DNA of 64,000 nucleotides from the NCBI RefSeq assembly GCF_009914755.1, contig NC_060945.1; one strand, written 5' to 3'. Origin of the DNA: the human T2T-CHM13v2.0 reference genome, Homo sapiens. Positions 18,096 through 38,985 of this stretch are shown one piece after another. Every line of letters starts with the position of its first letter. Position 1 is the stretch's first letter. The notes under the pieces are model-generated. The model saw only the letters and a program-made list of their open reading frames with translations, was not told the origin of the DNA and made no database searches. The position numbers and the translations under genes were made by a program.

Positions 18096-18548
18096 GTTGT
18101 TAATCTAAGTGGAAGAGGCTGAGGCACAAAATGTAATTCAGAGTTTACTTGAGCCAAAATGAGGACAGCCGCCTGGAAGAAACAGACCCAAGTATCCTTG
18201 GATATGAACTCCCTTCGGAGCTTTGCAACAAGCAGTTTCTTAAAGGCAAAAAAGGGTCCAGAAGTGGGATGATGCAAAGAGGTTTGTCACAAATTCTCAT
18301 TGGCTTATGGAAATAACATTTATTATTGACTGGCTATACACTGTTACACTATTATTGGGTGTGGATTATAGTGTCTGGTGTGGCGTTATTGGTTAATTTA
18401 TAGCTACTGTGGCAACAGCAAGCAGCCTAGATGAACACACAGCTCAAAGAGGAGCAGGACAGAACTGCTGTCTCCTTTGAATATCTCTCTGGGCCTGATT
18501 ATTTAAAAGGACTTGCATTTCTCACATGAAAGTTATTTTCTTTTCTCA
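18096..18548 (-). mobile_element. ERV1-type solo LTR (MER-class, subfamily uncertain)
   Basis: TG...CA ends; the minus strand begins TGAGAAAAGAAAATAACTTTCATGTGAGAAATGCAAGTCC; contains GAGTTTACTTGAGCCAAAATGAGGACAGC. Confidence 0.6.
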
Positions 18549-18712
18549 ATGTCAATAAATGAGAATAAATAGACATAAAATAGGTCTTTTCGAGGATGAA
18601 GTAAATGGAATAAAAAACAAAACACAAGCTGAACAGAAATCATAGAGGGAAGAAAAGGTTATAAATATATGGAGTTTTCAAAGTGATTTTAAGCTATTAG
18701 GAATCAGTTAAA

Positions 18713-19282
18713 TGTTGGGGGATTTTGTCTGAGTATGGGCTAAAGGAGAATGTCCCTTTTGCCTTCTGAAGTTTCCCTGATAATCACTAATAGGAGGCAG
18801 ATAAATAGTAGAAAAGGCAAACAGGTTTCTGCAATGTGTGTACACTGGAGCCCTTACAATGAAGACCCAGACACACGATGGGTGCAGAAGCTTATCTACC
18901 ACATGAAGTTTACAGAAAGAATGGGGTCTTGGATCACAGGGAAAAAAAAAAAAAAAAGGTTATGTGAGAAAAGTACCCTGCCTAGAAACAGTGGACTTAT
19001 TACGTAAGTGAAACCTCACTGGGAGCAGTCCTCAGATAGAATAGACAGAAAATGTTTCTTTCAGACCTTTGGAGACCTCCGACACTCAGTTAACCTTTCC
19101 TAGATCCAGACAAGGGGGCAGACCTCAGAGAAAGCCTGGCTGCATCAAGGCAGATTCTCTACCGATGCGAATCTCCCCAAGATAGCTTTGCAGCTAAGTT
19201 TGCATTTCCAGCCCTTCTCAATAGCCATTTTGAAATATTTCAAGGAAATATATTTTGGGGTAAAATATATTAGTTTCCTTCA
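18713..19282 (-). mobile_element. ERV1 solo LTR, MER39/MER34-like
   Basis: The minus strand begins TGAAGGAAACTAATATATTTTACCCCAAAATATATTTCCTTGAAATATTTCAAAATGGCT, the MER34/39 5' signature, and ends ...CCCCAACA. Confidence 0.75.
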
Positions 19283-19289
19283 TACAGCT

Positions 19290-20400
19290 ATAAAACATGC
19301 AGGAATAATTTTTCTCAATATCTACTACAAATCCAATATAGCAGTAATTATAAAACCCACCAGATATTGAAGAAAAAATATGTAGAGTACATCACTCACA
19401 AATATTGATACTAAAATGCCAAATAAAATAAAAATAATATCCAACAATATTTGAAACAGTAAGACAAGAAATTGGCAAAAAAAATAAAACAAATATCCAC
19501 CTTGGGGATGAAAGTGTGATTCCAAATTTGGTAATCCAATAATATTAATGATATATTGGTTAGCCCAAATAAAAAATAAATAGGGGATTCTCAGTACACG
19601 CTAAAATATATTTGTTAAAAGGTCATATTCATGTCTTTAAAGATTTTAAATGCTATAAAGAGTCTGATATTCTATACGCAAACATGTGTATGTCCATTAG
19701 AAGAACAGAGGCCTGATTTTCATATGTTACTACATAGAGGTAGAGAAGTGGATAGATTAATTTGCATATGCATAGAGAAAGCATAAAATATAAATTTACT
19801 ATCATACTTAAAGGAATATAAATTCAACATAAAATAATTCAAAGGTACAATTTTAAATATTTTTAAGTTACATTATTAATATTAGATAATATTTATAATT
19901 GTGAAAATATTCAATGCTAAAATAAGATAGAATGTCTAAACGTCAGTATTAAAACTAGTATAAATATTTGCTGGTTTTTACAAGGAAAATTCAAGCTCAA
20001 CCTAAAATTATATAGGAAATAAAAGAAAAATTTTAAGGGAGCTCTTTAATAACACAAACATATATATATATACACACACACATATAACATGCATATATGT
20101 TATATGGGATAGATATAGATTTAACATGTTATATCTATATTTGTATCTATCTATAACTACAGCTGTATGTATCTACCTTTCTATATATTTACTCAGTGAT
20201 ATAAATATAGACTGGAATAAATATAAAGGCACATATGATTCTTGGATAAAAAGGATTTAGTATCATAAAGACAAATTCTTTCCAAATTCACCTATGAATC
20301 CACAACAATATACAGTTTCATTAGTATAATTTAAAATTTTTAAATAAATTCCAAGATTTATTTAAAGGAATATACATGTATACCAGCAGTAAAGAAAGAA
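19290..20400 (+). mobile_element. Ancient L1M ORF2 remnants
   Basis: Degenerate RT-region motifs (AAATATTGATACTAAAATGCCAAATAAAATA; AAATTCTTTCCAAATTCACCTATGAATCCACAACAAT). Boundaries are approximate. Confidence 0.5.
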
Positions 20401-20414
20401 GTAAGAGTGCACTA

Positions 20415-24260
<3,846 letters not shown>

Positions 24261-25049
24261 AAAATACATTTTTAAACTTAGTAACTAAAACTGAGCAGTA
24301 CTGATTTGGAGTAATGGAATTTAGGTATATGAGATCTCAAAAGCATAGAGCTCAAAGGAGACCCCTGTATGCATGAGAGCTTAGGATGTGCTTTAGAAGG
24401 CATTACCAAACCACGGGCAAAGTTACTTTGGTTTCTTAGTCTTACTAGGTTTGAAAAGCCAGAGAAAAGACTCAAGGCCACCATATAAGAGCAAAACAAA
24501 AGGACAGGGAGAGAATGTGAAGATACTGAAACATTTTACATAAAGTTGTATAAAACATACTTTAAAGAAAATGTAAAGTTTAGGATATACATCAAAATCA
24601 GCAGAACCACTAAATAAATAAATAGGAATTGTAAAAAAGCAAGAGAAAATTTAAATGGATTTCTAAAAAATATTGACACCTATGATTTTTAAAATATGTT
24701 TAAGATATCCCATATTTCACAGGGCAGCCTTTCACAACATATATTAGGACATAAAGGTCCTTCTGTTTTTAATTTACTAGTGTTTATAGGGTTACAAATG
24801 TCTTCTACCCTTGTCTTTTGTCTGATGGTGCAAAAAAATTTTCATAAGCATGTACTTTTGAATGCCTGATGGATTGACATATATAATATGCTGCTAGTAT
24901 TAAAATATATGACGGAAAACGCATGCAATCTTCTCACTGTTTACATAAATTCTAGGTTTCTCCTATTTACCTCAAGCACGTATGGAGCGAATTCTTACCT
25001 TTTAATATTGCCATGGCATTCACATTGAACGTAAGTTGAACTCTCTTAT

Positions 25050-26175
25050 ATGGTAGCTGGGTTCAGATTCCCTTGACAATTTCCAGTTCTAACCCTCACA
25101 GTTCCTCAGTGTGGCTGGCCCAGATATTGATCCTACACAGCTGCCTCCTCCTGGTGACTAGCCACTGTGGAACCATTGGATACAACCTACCTGACTCACC
25201 CCACAGACCTCACAGCCCACTTGGACAGCCCCCACAAGCCAGAGTGACCTGCTCAGTTGCAGCTGCAGCCAAGAAATGTGCCTGCTGGCACTCACCCCAC
25301 TGACCAGAGCCCCGTGGAAAACTTATTTGGGTAATGTTCTGGGCCCAATAAAGGCTGGAGTCCCACAGACCCCTTTTCTGTCTCTTGCTCCCCACTCATC
25401 TTCCCCATTTTCTTCAGCCCTACGAGTTGTGCTACTGTATTAGTCCATTTTCACACTGCCAGTAAAGACATGCCCAAGACTGGGTAATTTCCAGAACAAA
25501 GAGGTTTAATAGACGCACAGTTCTACATGGCTGGGTAGGCCTCACAATCATGGTGGAAGGTGAAAGGTACATCTCACGTGGCAGCAGACAAGACAAGAGA
25601 GCTTGTGCAGGGAAACTCCCCTTTATAAAACCATCAGATCTTGTGAGACTTATTCACTATCAAAAGAACAGCATGGGAAAGACCTGCCCCCATGATTCAA
25701 TTTCCTCCCACCTGTTCCCTCCCACAACATGTGGGAATTCAAGATGAGATTTGGCTGGGGACACAGCTAAACCCTCTTCTCAGCTACCCTCTTCTCTCTG
25801 GATCTGTGAGTAATAAAACTACTTCTGTGATTTCCCATGTTTTGTCCTGTGGCCTGCATGTGTCTGATCTGACCTACACTGGAACCTAACTCTCCTCCTG
25901 GCCAGGGTATCTAGGAGTGGCTCTTGTCAGAAATACACAGGACACAGGTCAGGCAATAGCCACCAGGCATCTCCTAGTCTCAACAGATGTTCTGTGAGAG
26001 GGAGGCCTGGTTGTGGGATGCACACCTGGCCACTGCTGGGGTAAGGAAGTGCCCTGTGAAAGGCACATGTTAAGCATCCACAACCCCCTGCTCAGAACCC
26101 AAGAAAGGCAGGGCTCCAATTGACAGTCACTCTCCAGAGACAAACCTCAAGCCCTAACTGGAGGAAAATAAAACA
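25050..26175 (+). mobile_element. ERVL LTR (MER54/MER73/MER74 group) interrupted by THE1
   Basis: GGACACAGGTCAGGCAATAGCCAC..TGTGAGAGGGA..GTGAAAGGCAC..CACTCTCCAGAGACAAACCTCAAG..GAGGAAAATAAAACA 3' signature. The 5' boundary is approximate. Confidence 0.65.
25436..25772 (-). mobile_element. THE1B solo LTR (MaLR)
   Basis: TGTATTAGTCCATTTTCACACTGC..GGCCTCACAATCATGG..GATGAGATTTGGCTGGGGACACAG. Confidence 0.9.
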
Positions 26176-27350
26176 ATGTAAAAATTTGAATTTATCTTAC
26201 TATTTCAATGATCCAGTAAAGACATTCTATGCCTGTACACCACATATTTTCTTCGATTGTGGATATATTTTAGGTAGAATTTTATGTCTGGCTTTCACTT
26301 TAGCCTGGTCCCTACCTCAAGCATAAGGTAAAGATTTTCCATAGTTTCTTTTCTGGTACTACTGCCTGCCAGTGTGGGGTCATGTCCTAGTCTATCTTGA
26401 GGGAACCCCCTTATTCATTATTGTCAGAGTGAGACTGTTAAGTCTTGATTTCCCTGGACAACTTCATTGCATGACTTTTAATATGATTTTTAAATATACC
26501 CTTTACTGGACAATAAATTATATAGTTATCTGAGTAAGAGATATGATCAGAAAGAGGCATTGCCTCATTCAGCTTTTCTGTTTGGTGAACTCGCATATGT
26601 TCTCCTCACCCACCAGTCACCTCTAAACTGTATTGTTCCAAGACAACAAACAGAACTCGAGTGTGTATCTTTCACCACTGGATTTGTCTTTGCTCCATAA
26701 AGCTTAATGCTTAATAGGGTTTCTGTTAGCATTTTCTCTATTTATTTTCCCATAAAATATCACAGGCCTTCTTCATATGGAATTATGGGTGATTTCCTTC
26801 AATCTGCATCATATCAAGTTGAGGTTCATGTTGATGGAAAGTAAAACATACGTTTAAAATATCAGTAATGATGTTTTCCCCTCCTTTTTAGCACATGTGC
26901 TTGTGAGAGTCATCGTAATACAATTCTAGTCTCATGCTTTGATCATTCCTAAGATGAAAATAATATTTTTAGATAAAATATCTGAGTTTTATGAGGCCTT
27001 TAGTATATGATGTAATAGAATATCAGAAAACCATACTTTTTTCTAGTTTTCCATGTAATTCTTTCATTGTTTCACCTTTACTCCTACGACAGTAATTTTC
27101 CAAAACAGGTATCTTGTCATTCCTCCTGTTGTTATCAGTAAATAAGTGAAATGAAGAGCTAGATTATGTAATTTATCTAGAACAAGAAAGTAGAATTGAA
27201 TCTATATTCATTAATGAGACTAACCAGTCAATTACACAGATAGGCTTTTTACATTTTGAAGATCATATGGACCCATTGTCAGATATATTATTATTTATGT
27301 CTATATGGACATCACCTGTGCCTATTTATGTAGAACTCAATGACAGCTGA

Positions 27351-27664
<314 letters not shown>

Positions 27665-28644
27665 AGCTGATTTTTAAAATACTGACATCATATAGATAAC
27701 AGCACCTGAAAAATAGACAACACCTAGCTTTATGTTAAAAAGTGTGAGGGTATCAATATTGTTGTGGCTATTGGGGAGGAAAACATTAGTAAAACCAGTG
27801 AGTTAAAGCTGTTGCTTTAAACTTTGGCTTTAGTTTAACAAATGTTCTCTGGGGTGACAGTATGTACGTAACCATGCTATGCCCATTCACAGATGCAGTA
27901 GACGGAAGAATTTCTCAAAGACAACTGTTCTAAGATTGAAATTAAACCGCACTGGGTATGAAAAGAGAAAGTCCAGGAATTAGCAAATATTTTAGATATC
28001 AGATAAAAGAGAATGCCAGGTATGCGATGATAATCAGCAATGGTTGTTCACAGAATACATCAAATCAGTATTTGAATTAGCTTTTGAATTATAAGGACAA
28101 ATGGATCAAGTCTTGACTCTTTAGTAGATAAATCTTATTAGGCTGAGATGTGTTTTCCCCTGTTTTTCCACAAGGAGATTACAAATTTGCAAACCTCAGC
28201 TGCTCTCATTTTATGCTGTCACCAAGCCAAAAGCTGAAGCTCATAAATCAGTGTGTCTAAGTGTTCACTAGTTATATACCTTTTTGTAGTTTAAGCTATC
28301 TTTCCAACTTCCTAAATCATCACCTTCATTTGACCTTGTTTTTTTCCACTATCACTTCTTTATTGACTACATAAAGAATATAAGTTCTTATTTTGTTATT
28401 GTTCATTTTAGTCTAATTTCATCAAAATATCATAATCCTTTAATTTCCTTTTAATTTCAAAGATTAAATGAAACCTACATAGAAATGAGTGTAAGATTTG
28501 CATTTGCGTTATTTTGGTATTAATTTGCTATCCTCCCTCATACACATAGTGATCACTTCCATGTACGTGATTTCAAACATCCAAGTGCAGTATTAAAAGC
28601 AGTTGTAAATTATGGTTCTGATTTTCATGATACAATTACTATAT

Positions 28645-29449
<805 letters not shown>

Positions 29450-29534
29450 GACATAATCTATTTACCTGCAGATTAAAGTGTTCTTTATTTTTCTGCCTCC
29501 CTCTCTTAATTTTTTAAAGTAATATGAATTGTAG

Positions 29535-29685
29535 TAAAGAGAAAGAAAGAAAAGAAAAGAAAGAAAAAAGAAGCAAGGAAAGAAGGAAGGAAGGAAAGAA
29601 AGAAAGAAGAAAGAAAAGAAGGAGGAAATGAGAAAAGGAAGGGAGGGAGGAAGGGACAAAGGCAGGAAGGGAGAAAAAAGAAAGC
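29535..29685 (+). repeat. GA-rich simple repeat (GAAA/GGAA)n
   Basis: Near-pure purine tract. Confidence 0.9.
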
Positions 29686-29694
29686 AAGACATGG

Positions 29695-30285
29695 CTTTCC
29701 AAAACCTTGTGCATTCCAAAGGTCTTCAGGACTGGCCCTCGACAAGCTCCTGGGAGATGATAACCTATGAGCCCTTGGTATATGCTGCCTGATGAGAGTC
29801 TTTGTATACCTGAAAACGTAGGTCCTACCAAATAGCTGATGCTAACAACGTGATTTCTTGTGAGCACCTGTTTCTGTATGCCTATGACTTTGTGTAATGC
29901 CATACTAATATGACCTCTCTTAGGGCATAGGGAGGTTGGGAACTAAGTAGCTAAGTTCAGTCACAGGACGCTCGATGCATATGTGGTGGAATCCTAATGA
30001 AAACCCTGGACTCAAGACTGACTGAGCTTCCCTAGTTGGCAACAAGTTCACACATGTTGTCTCACACCATTGTAAAGAAAATTAGTCAGTGTGAAGTCCC
30101 CACTATGAAAGGACACCTGTAAGCTCACATCTGGTTTGTCCTGGACTCAACTTTATGTGCTTTTATGCTTCTGATTATTTTAATCTGGTTTCTTTCACTG
30201 TTAGAAACTATAACCACAAAAAAAATCAGCTTTCTTGAGTTATGTGAATCATTAAACCAAAGGGGGACTTGGGGACCCCCAGTAA
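29695..30285 (+). mobile_element. ERVL LTR, MER21/MER77-like
   Basis: AAAACCCTGGACTCAAG..GAGCTTCCCTAGTTGGCAAC..CATGTTGTCTCACAC..GGGGGACTTGGGGACCCCC. Confidence 0.7.
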
Positions 30286-32094
30286 AAAGTATATACATTC
30301 TTAAAAAGAAACAGAAAACTGGCCACAGCAGATATTGTTGATGACTTGTCTTCTATCTCCTGGACTCAATGTGTTCACCTGAAATTCACCTGTTTCCAAC
30401 TAACTGAGAGCTCCCCACATCATGCCTGTCTTTCTGATTTTTGGGCCTGCCTGCAAGCTTCTTGAGGCTAACCAGTGCTTCTCAACCACACATAGGAACA
30501 AAGAAGGAGTTAGGGGTGGAGAGTTAATGATTCTAAGGCAATCCTTAAGCAATAAGAGATGGGGATTCCAGCATCCCCATCTCTTTGTAAAGTTATTTTG
30601 AGACAATCTCCATACCTCCATCATTACTGAGCACAATAGCAGTAACTACTCATTCACACTGGCTTCGTGTTCTGTTTCATTTTCTCCACTTCTGTGCTTT
30701 CTCACTCAATTTCTGATTAAAGTATCTGACCCAAGATATTTGTTTCATCATCTATTTTTGAGGGAATCCAGAGCCAAGACAATAACAATGGGAGCTTTGC
30801 AATGAGGGAGGCTGAGTATAATCATCAGAAGAGTACCTACCTCACTGGGAACATGAAGGCCTGGAGAGCTTGCTGTTTCAATGAGAGAAAAATGTTGAAT
30901 CTCAGTTGAATACCTATATATATATGGGCAATAAGTCGTGCTCTTTACTTATATCAAAGGAAAATGCTCTTTACCTCTCTTTGTTGTTGTGTTTTTATCA
31001 CTATTGCCTACACAAGCAGAATATCATACCCAGGATTTAAAGCCCTGTCTGCAGGATTTTCAAGCTCATGTTTTTATCATAAGTCACTGTGCTTCCATGT
31101 GTTTTAAATCTAATCCTCATTCCTCTGCTTTTACACCAGAGAATTCATCACTGACTTATTTTTGACTGACCTTATAGAGCTGTCAAGTACACAATTTCTG
31201 CTGTGACCTTTCTCTTAGAGTTCAGTCATATAGCCTCTCCCTAGATATCATCTCCTCTTATCTTTCATAATAATGAATTGTCAGTTAAAACTCAACATTT
31301 TTAAGATTGAGCTTACCATCTACACACACCATTATTGGTGTATTCTCATAGCCTTGAAACACTAATGTCACGTTGATGTCTGCCTTTTCTTTCTCTGCTA
31401 CCTCATCCCTCATCCTTAGATTATTCTAAAAGATTCAATTAGATCAAGTTGGCTAATTATATTTTTAAGATCCTCTCTACCCTTACCAATTTTTTGTTTA
31501 ACAAATTTTAAAAATTTCTGGCAGGAGACTGTGGAAATCCCCATGGATGACTGTGGTTTTACTATTTTACCTTTCAGTTTTAATAGGTTTTATATTATGT
31601 ATTTTGAAGTAATGCTATTGTATGCATACATATTTATTATTTACATGTCTTCTTGGAGTATTTTCCCCTTTGTCATTATGAAATGTTATTCTTCATCCCC
31701 AGTGATATTTCCTGTTCTGATGTCTACTTTGCTCATCACAGTTTTAGTGGGTTTTGGTTTGTTTGTTTTTCTTTTTTTTTTTCGGTTCAAATAAGTTTCT
31801 TATAAAGAGCATATAGTTGAGTCAGTGTTTTTAATCCTGTCTTATGATCTCTGCCTTTTAATAAGAATATTTTGTCAATTTATATTTAATGTAATTATCA
31901 ATATGATTGGGTGTGTAACTACTCTCTTGCTATATGTTTTCTAAATATCTCATCATTTCTGTTCATTTTCCCCCTTTTTCTGCCTTCTTTTGAATTGAGA
32001 ATTTAGTTTTTAAGATCCGCTTTTATCTCCACTATTAACTTTTAACCGTTCCATTTTGTTTTAATTTTAATGATTGATATAGGGCTCATAAAAT

Positions 32095-33470
<1,376 letters not shown>

Positions 33471-33596
33471 ACATTTTTTTAACTTAAAACACTCAACCTT
33501 CAAATAATATTTATAATACCTGCTATATAGTTTTAAAATATTGCAATTCTGAAGCCAGCATTACCATGATACTAAAACCCAGCAACCTATAATCCT

Positions 33597-34773
33597 GAAA
33601 TGTAAGACCTCAAACTATGAGAATCCTAGAAGTAATGCTAGGAAACACCATTCTGAAAATCAGCCTTGGGAAAGAATTTATGACTAAGTCCTCGAAAGCA
33701 ATTTCAACAAAACAAAAATCGACACGTGGGACCTAATTAAACTAAAGAGCTTCTGCACAGTAAAAGAAACTATCAACAGCATAAGCAAACACCCCACAGC
33801 ATGGGCGAAAATATTCACAAACAATGTGTTCAATAAAAGTCTCATATCTGGAATCTATAAGGAACTTAAACAATTAAACAAGCAAAAAACAAATAACTTA
33901 ATTTTAAAAATGAGCAAAACCATGAACAGATACTTCTCAAAAGAAGGCATACAAGTGGCTAATAAACATGAAAAAATGCTCGTAATCACTAATCTCAGAG
34001 AAATGTAAATCAAAACCGAGATGAGATATCATCTCACACTAGCCAGAATGGCTATTAATAAAAACTCCAAAAACGTTTAATGATATTTTTTATTGAAAAG
34101 TTCCTGCTAAGGCTAGAGAAGAAGGGGAATGTTTATACACTGTTGGTGGGAAGGTAAATTAGTTCAGCCAATGGGGAAAGTAGTTTGGAGATTTCTCAAA
34201 GAGCTTAAAACAGAACGACCATTTGACTTAATAATCCCATTTCTGGTTATATATCCATAAGAAAATAAACTATTCTACCAAAAAGACACATGCACTTGTA
34301 TGTTCATTGTAGCACTGTTCCCAATAGCAAAGATATGGAATCAACCTAAGTGCCCATCGGCAGTGGATTGGATAAAGAGAATATGGTACATATACACTAT
34401 GGAATACCACACAGCCATAATAAAGAACAAAACCATCTATTTGCAGCAACATGGATGCAACTTGCAGCCATTATCTTAAGTGAATTAATGCAGAAACAAA
34501 ATCAAATACCACATGTTCTCACGTGTAAATGGGAGTTAAACACGGGGTACTCATGGACATAAAAACGTCAACAATAGAAACTGGACGCTGCTAGAGGGAG
34601 AGGAAGGGAAGGAGGGAGGCCGGGGTTGAAAAACTGTCTGTTAGGTACTATGCTCAGTACCTGGGAGATGGGCTCAACCGTACCACCAACCTCAGCATCA
34701 CGCAATATATCCATGTAACAAACCTGTACATGTATTCCATAAATTTAAAATAAATGTTCAAATAAAAAAACAA
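33597..34773 (+). mobile_element. L1PB/L1PA15-16-type 3' fragment
   Basis: AAAGAATTTATGACTAAGTCCTC and the 3'UTR GTTGAAAAACT..GGTACTATGCTCAGTACCTGGG..AACCTCAGCATCACGCAATAT, followed by an A tail. Confidence 0.85.
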
Positions 34774-34927
34774 ATATTATAACTGTCTATCCATTTTCTC
34801 TCTACAGTTCTTTGCCCTACTGTCATAGGGTTTTCCTCCTTTCTTTATATATATTTTGAATGCCACAGAAATAATTGTTATTTTGGTTTTAAATAATCCA
34901 TTACCTTTAACATTACTTAAAACATGA

Positions 34928-35258
<331 letters not shown>

Positions 35259-35306
35259 TATGTATTATTTCTAACATGAGTCATTTCTTTTTAAAAATGT
35301 AAATTA

Positions 35307-35758
35307 TCCCAGCACCATTTATTAAATAGGAATCCTTTCCCCCATGTCCAACAATGATAGACCGGATTAAGAAAATGTGGCACATAGACACCATGGAATA
35401 CTATGCAGCCATAAAAAACGATGAGTTCATGTCCTTTATAGGGACATGGATGAAGCTGGAAACCATCATTCTCAGCAAACTGTCACAAGGACAAAAAACC
35501 AAACACTGCATGTTCTCACTCATAGGTGGGAATTGAACAATGAGAACACATGGACACAGGAAGGGGAACATCACACACCGGGGCCTGTTGTGGGGTGGGG
35601 GGAGGGGGGAGGGGGGAGGGATAGCATTAGGAGATATACCTAATGTTAAATGATGAGTTAATGGGTGCAGCACAGCAACATGGCACATGTATACATATGT
35701 AACAAACCTGCAAGTTGTGCACATGTACCCTAAAACTTAAAGTATAATAATAAAAAAA
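35307..35758 (+). mobile_element. Short L1PA4-like 3' end with a ~38-bp 5' inversion
   Basis: Inverted TCCCAGCACCATTTATTAAATAGGAATCCTTTCCCC, then forward ATGTCCAACAATGATAGAC...AAAGTATAATAATAAAAAAA. Near-perfect TSD AAAAA(T/A)GTAAATT. Confidence 0.88.
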
Positions 35759-38700
35759 GTAAATTTTCATCCTGTTACTTTCTTTTTGTCTACCATTTCT
35801 TTCAGTACCAGTATGCTGTTGATAAAATCTATCAGCTACTTATTGTCAAAATAGCTTTATTTGCTTTCATTTTTGTAAATTTCTTGATTTTTTTAGAATT
35901 TTCACATGAATGAATTTCCAGGTTGACTTGTTTCTCTTGCTTTAAGTAATAGAATGTTGCGCTACTGTCTTCTGATATACATGCTTATCATAAAAAGTAG
36001 TTATTACATTGGTTCCATTGTCAATAATACATCTCTTTTTCTCCAACTGTTTTTAAGTTTTCTTTTTAGAAACAACTTTCTTCAACTTAATCTTTTTATT
36101 CATTTTGCTTTGATTCCACTGCGCTTCTTTTACCTGTTGGTTTATAGTTTTACCAAGTTTTAAAAATATCTCAACCACTGCCTTTACAAATAGTTTTTGC
36201 CCTCCCCCCATTTCCTGGGATTTCAATTATGTGTGTTGTTAAGCTGCTTAATATTTTCTAATCCCATAATTTCTGTCTTTTCTTGGTCTGTTTCTGTTAA
36301 TTTTTTTTTCTTGTTTTGGATGAATTTTTTTGTTTATATGCATTTCTGTTATTTTTTTAATGTCTAAGGGAAATTCTGAATTCTACATTGTTAGGATCTG
36401 GATTTCGTTTTATTTAAAGAGAGATGAACTTTGTTTTCAAATGCAGTTATCTGAGATCAGTGGTGATATTGTTTACTTTTAAATGTGATTATAATGGCTT
36501 CAGAGCCTTGACTCTAGAGCTGATTCACCCCTCTACTAAGGTGTGATTATTCTGAGAACTCTATCTGATGTTATAAGTTTCTCACTCTGGCTGGAGCACA
36601 TACTGGTTCTTCTAAGGCCCATATGACCTCCAGGAATTTCTCTGGCCCATTGCTAATGAAGACTCATTTTTCTATCTCATGGAGTTTTACTTTATGTAGG
36701 CACAGTTCGGTTCTCACTCAAGGACTCCAGAGAACCTCTACGTAAATCTCCACAGTTCTCTCTCTGTGCAGCCCTCTTCTCTCTGTCAGTCTGCCTTGAT
36801 GATTCTAGTCACCTTGGCCTCCATAAACTTTGATATCTTGCTCTTAAATTCAGCAAATCATGATATTCTCTCTCGGATTGTCTCATACCATGCTGGAGGC
36901 TGGAAATCACTTTCAGTAAGTATGCTGGCACTATAAAGGGTATATATTGTTTTCTTTCTCTGAGAAATCACAGTTTTGTGCTGCCTATTTTTTTCATGCA
37001 ATGAAAACAGTTTATATACTTGTTCTGGATTTCTAAACGTTTACAAAAGTTGCATAATTCTGGTAATCATTAATTCTTCATCAGCAACAGTTGAATTCTC
37101 AGAGACTTGTTTAACTGCCCAGATGACAATTATCCTATTGCTTTATTCTTCAAATCTAGTAAGTGAATCAAAGTCAGTCTTAGTGATGATCAGTATCTCT
37201 ATATTTTTGTCTAAAAAACAGAATGCTATTTTAATCTATAGATTCAAGTGTCATTTTATCTCTTTGAAGTTTTCAACAAGTAATGTTTCCAATGTTAATG
37301 TTCTTTCTTATTCTTCAAAACATCAAGTAGGCAGAGGTTGAGTCTCCATTGTCATGCATCTATATTTACCAACACCATATTAAGGATTTTTATTATGCCT
37401 TTGTCTTTTCATATAATTTACTTTTGTATGGTTTCTTCTAGATATTCACTATTTTTCTGGATGTAATTGCTGATGTATATAGTGCCTATGTATTTCTTAC
37501 ATAATTCCTTAGTTGTTCACTTCAATTTCTAAATGGAGATTAAGTTAACTTCAATTTGTTCTCTGATTACTTTGGTAATTCTACTTGTGATGTAGTTTTA
37601 GTAACTGCATCTTGTTTATGCTTTTTGTTCATTTTCATATTTAGAAAATAGAACACCAGGCATATATATTTTACTGATTTTTTTCTCTCTGCATTCCTCA
37701 TAGAACAGATCCAGTATTAGCTAAGGGATCCTCTGGGGCAGGAGTGGGGTGGCATTGCAGTTTGTATCTTTTTTTAAATCCATGTTTTTGTAATGGAATA
37801 CCATCACACTAATTTTCTTACTCCCTAAGTACTGGATAATTGTTTCTCCTCCTATCAGCATTCACTTTTCTAAAGGTAATGTGGCTCAGATTTAGATTCC
37901 TAGGTTTCTAAATCTTCATTTCTAATCTCTATATTATCACATGCTGGTTAATTCTTTTCTCTTTTGCTCTTTTCCACTTCTGTGAGCTTCATTCTGTTTG
38001 GAACTCAGAGTATATGAAATGAACAGAGTACATCAGCCTGAATTCTCTTACAACTTCAAATTCTTTCCATTTTATGGTTAGACAACACTGAGTTACTCTA
38101 TAGTGACTTTCCTACTTTTATTAATATCATGGTCACATTATTCCATAAAATCTAACAATTTTAAGAAAAATAGTTTTTGAGTTACATCTCCCAGAGTAGC
38201 GGCAATGATATCTGGAAAAAATGACCATCCTGAACATGTACTGATTATACATGTGAAAGCACTCACTCTGATCACTCCTTGTTTTTGTTGAAATATAACA
38301 GTATTTGGAAGGTTTGCTTCTCAGTTTTTGGTTTCGGGCTATAGTTGTTTCTCTGAAGATGCTTATCTTCTTATTTTTTCTTGTTTTCTTTTTGTCCTCA
38401 ATGAAATGAATTTTAATAGAAGAATGAAATGTAAAATATTCAAATTCAGGGTCTTACAGTGTCTATAGTTTTGGGCACTCATTTTAAAACTGAATAACAA
38501 TTTTCAATGCATATGACTCATTCTCTACCCTCCTTTCTTCCATTCTTCTGAATGTGTGACAAAAAAGTATAGATGGTCTGAATGGTAATAAATTAAAAAA
38601 TCATTTCATGATGGTCCTATTCCTGTAATTCTATTTTCCAATTGACCTCCACTTCCTATCTTAACTGCATAAAAGTGAAATAAATCAGTGACTATTTAAT

Positions 38701-38985
38701 TTTAAAAATAAGTGGTCTGAATGATTTTGCTGGGATAAGTAATAAAAAATGTTGAAATCTTTGAGATTTTCAATTTGCTTAAAAAGAAAAAAGTCTCAGG
38801 CTTTGGCAAAGCAAACATGCATTTTGCTAAGTAATATTCCCCCTTAATTTTGAGATTTATTTTGGCTTCATACATTTCTTTCTTATATGAATACCATTAA
38901 AGTAAAAGTTATTTCAGAGTTATCAGGTGGAAGACTTTTATAGATGTATGTGCATGCATATTTTTTTTTTCTTAAAAATATAGTT

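Noticed and set aside
29462-29903. Hydrophobic F/L/S-rich ORFs resembling membrane proteins
   Set aside because: They are translations of the GA-rich simple repeat.
30300-30810. Possible LTR33/LTR16-like ERVL remnant ending GGGAATCCAGAGCCAAGACA
   Set aside because: Too degenerate to support a call without an HMM search.
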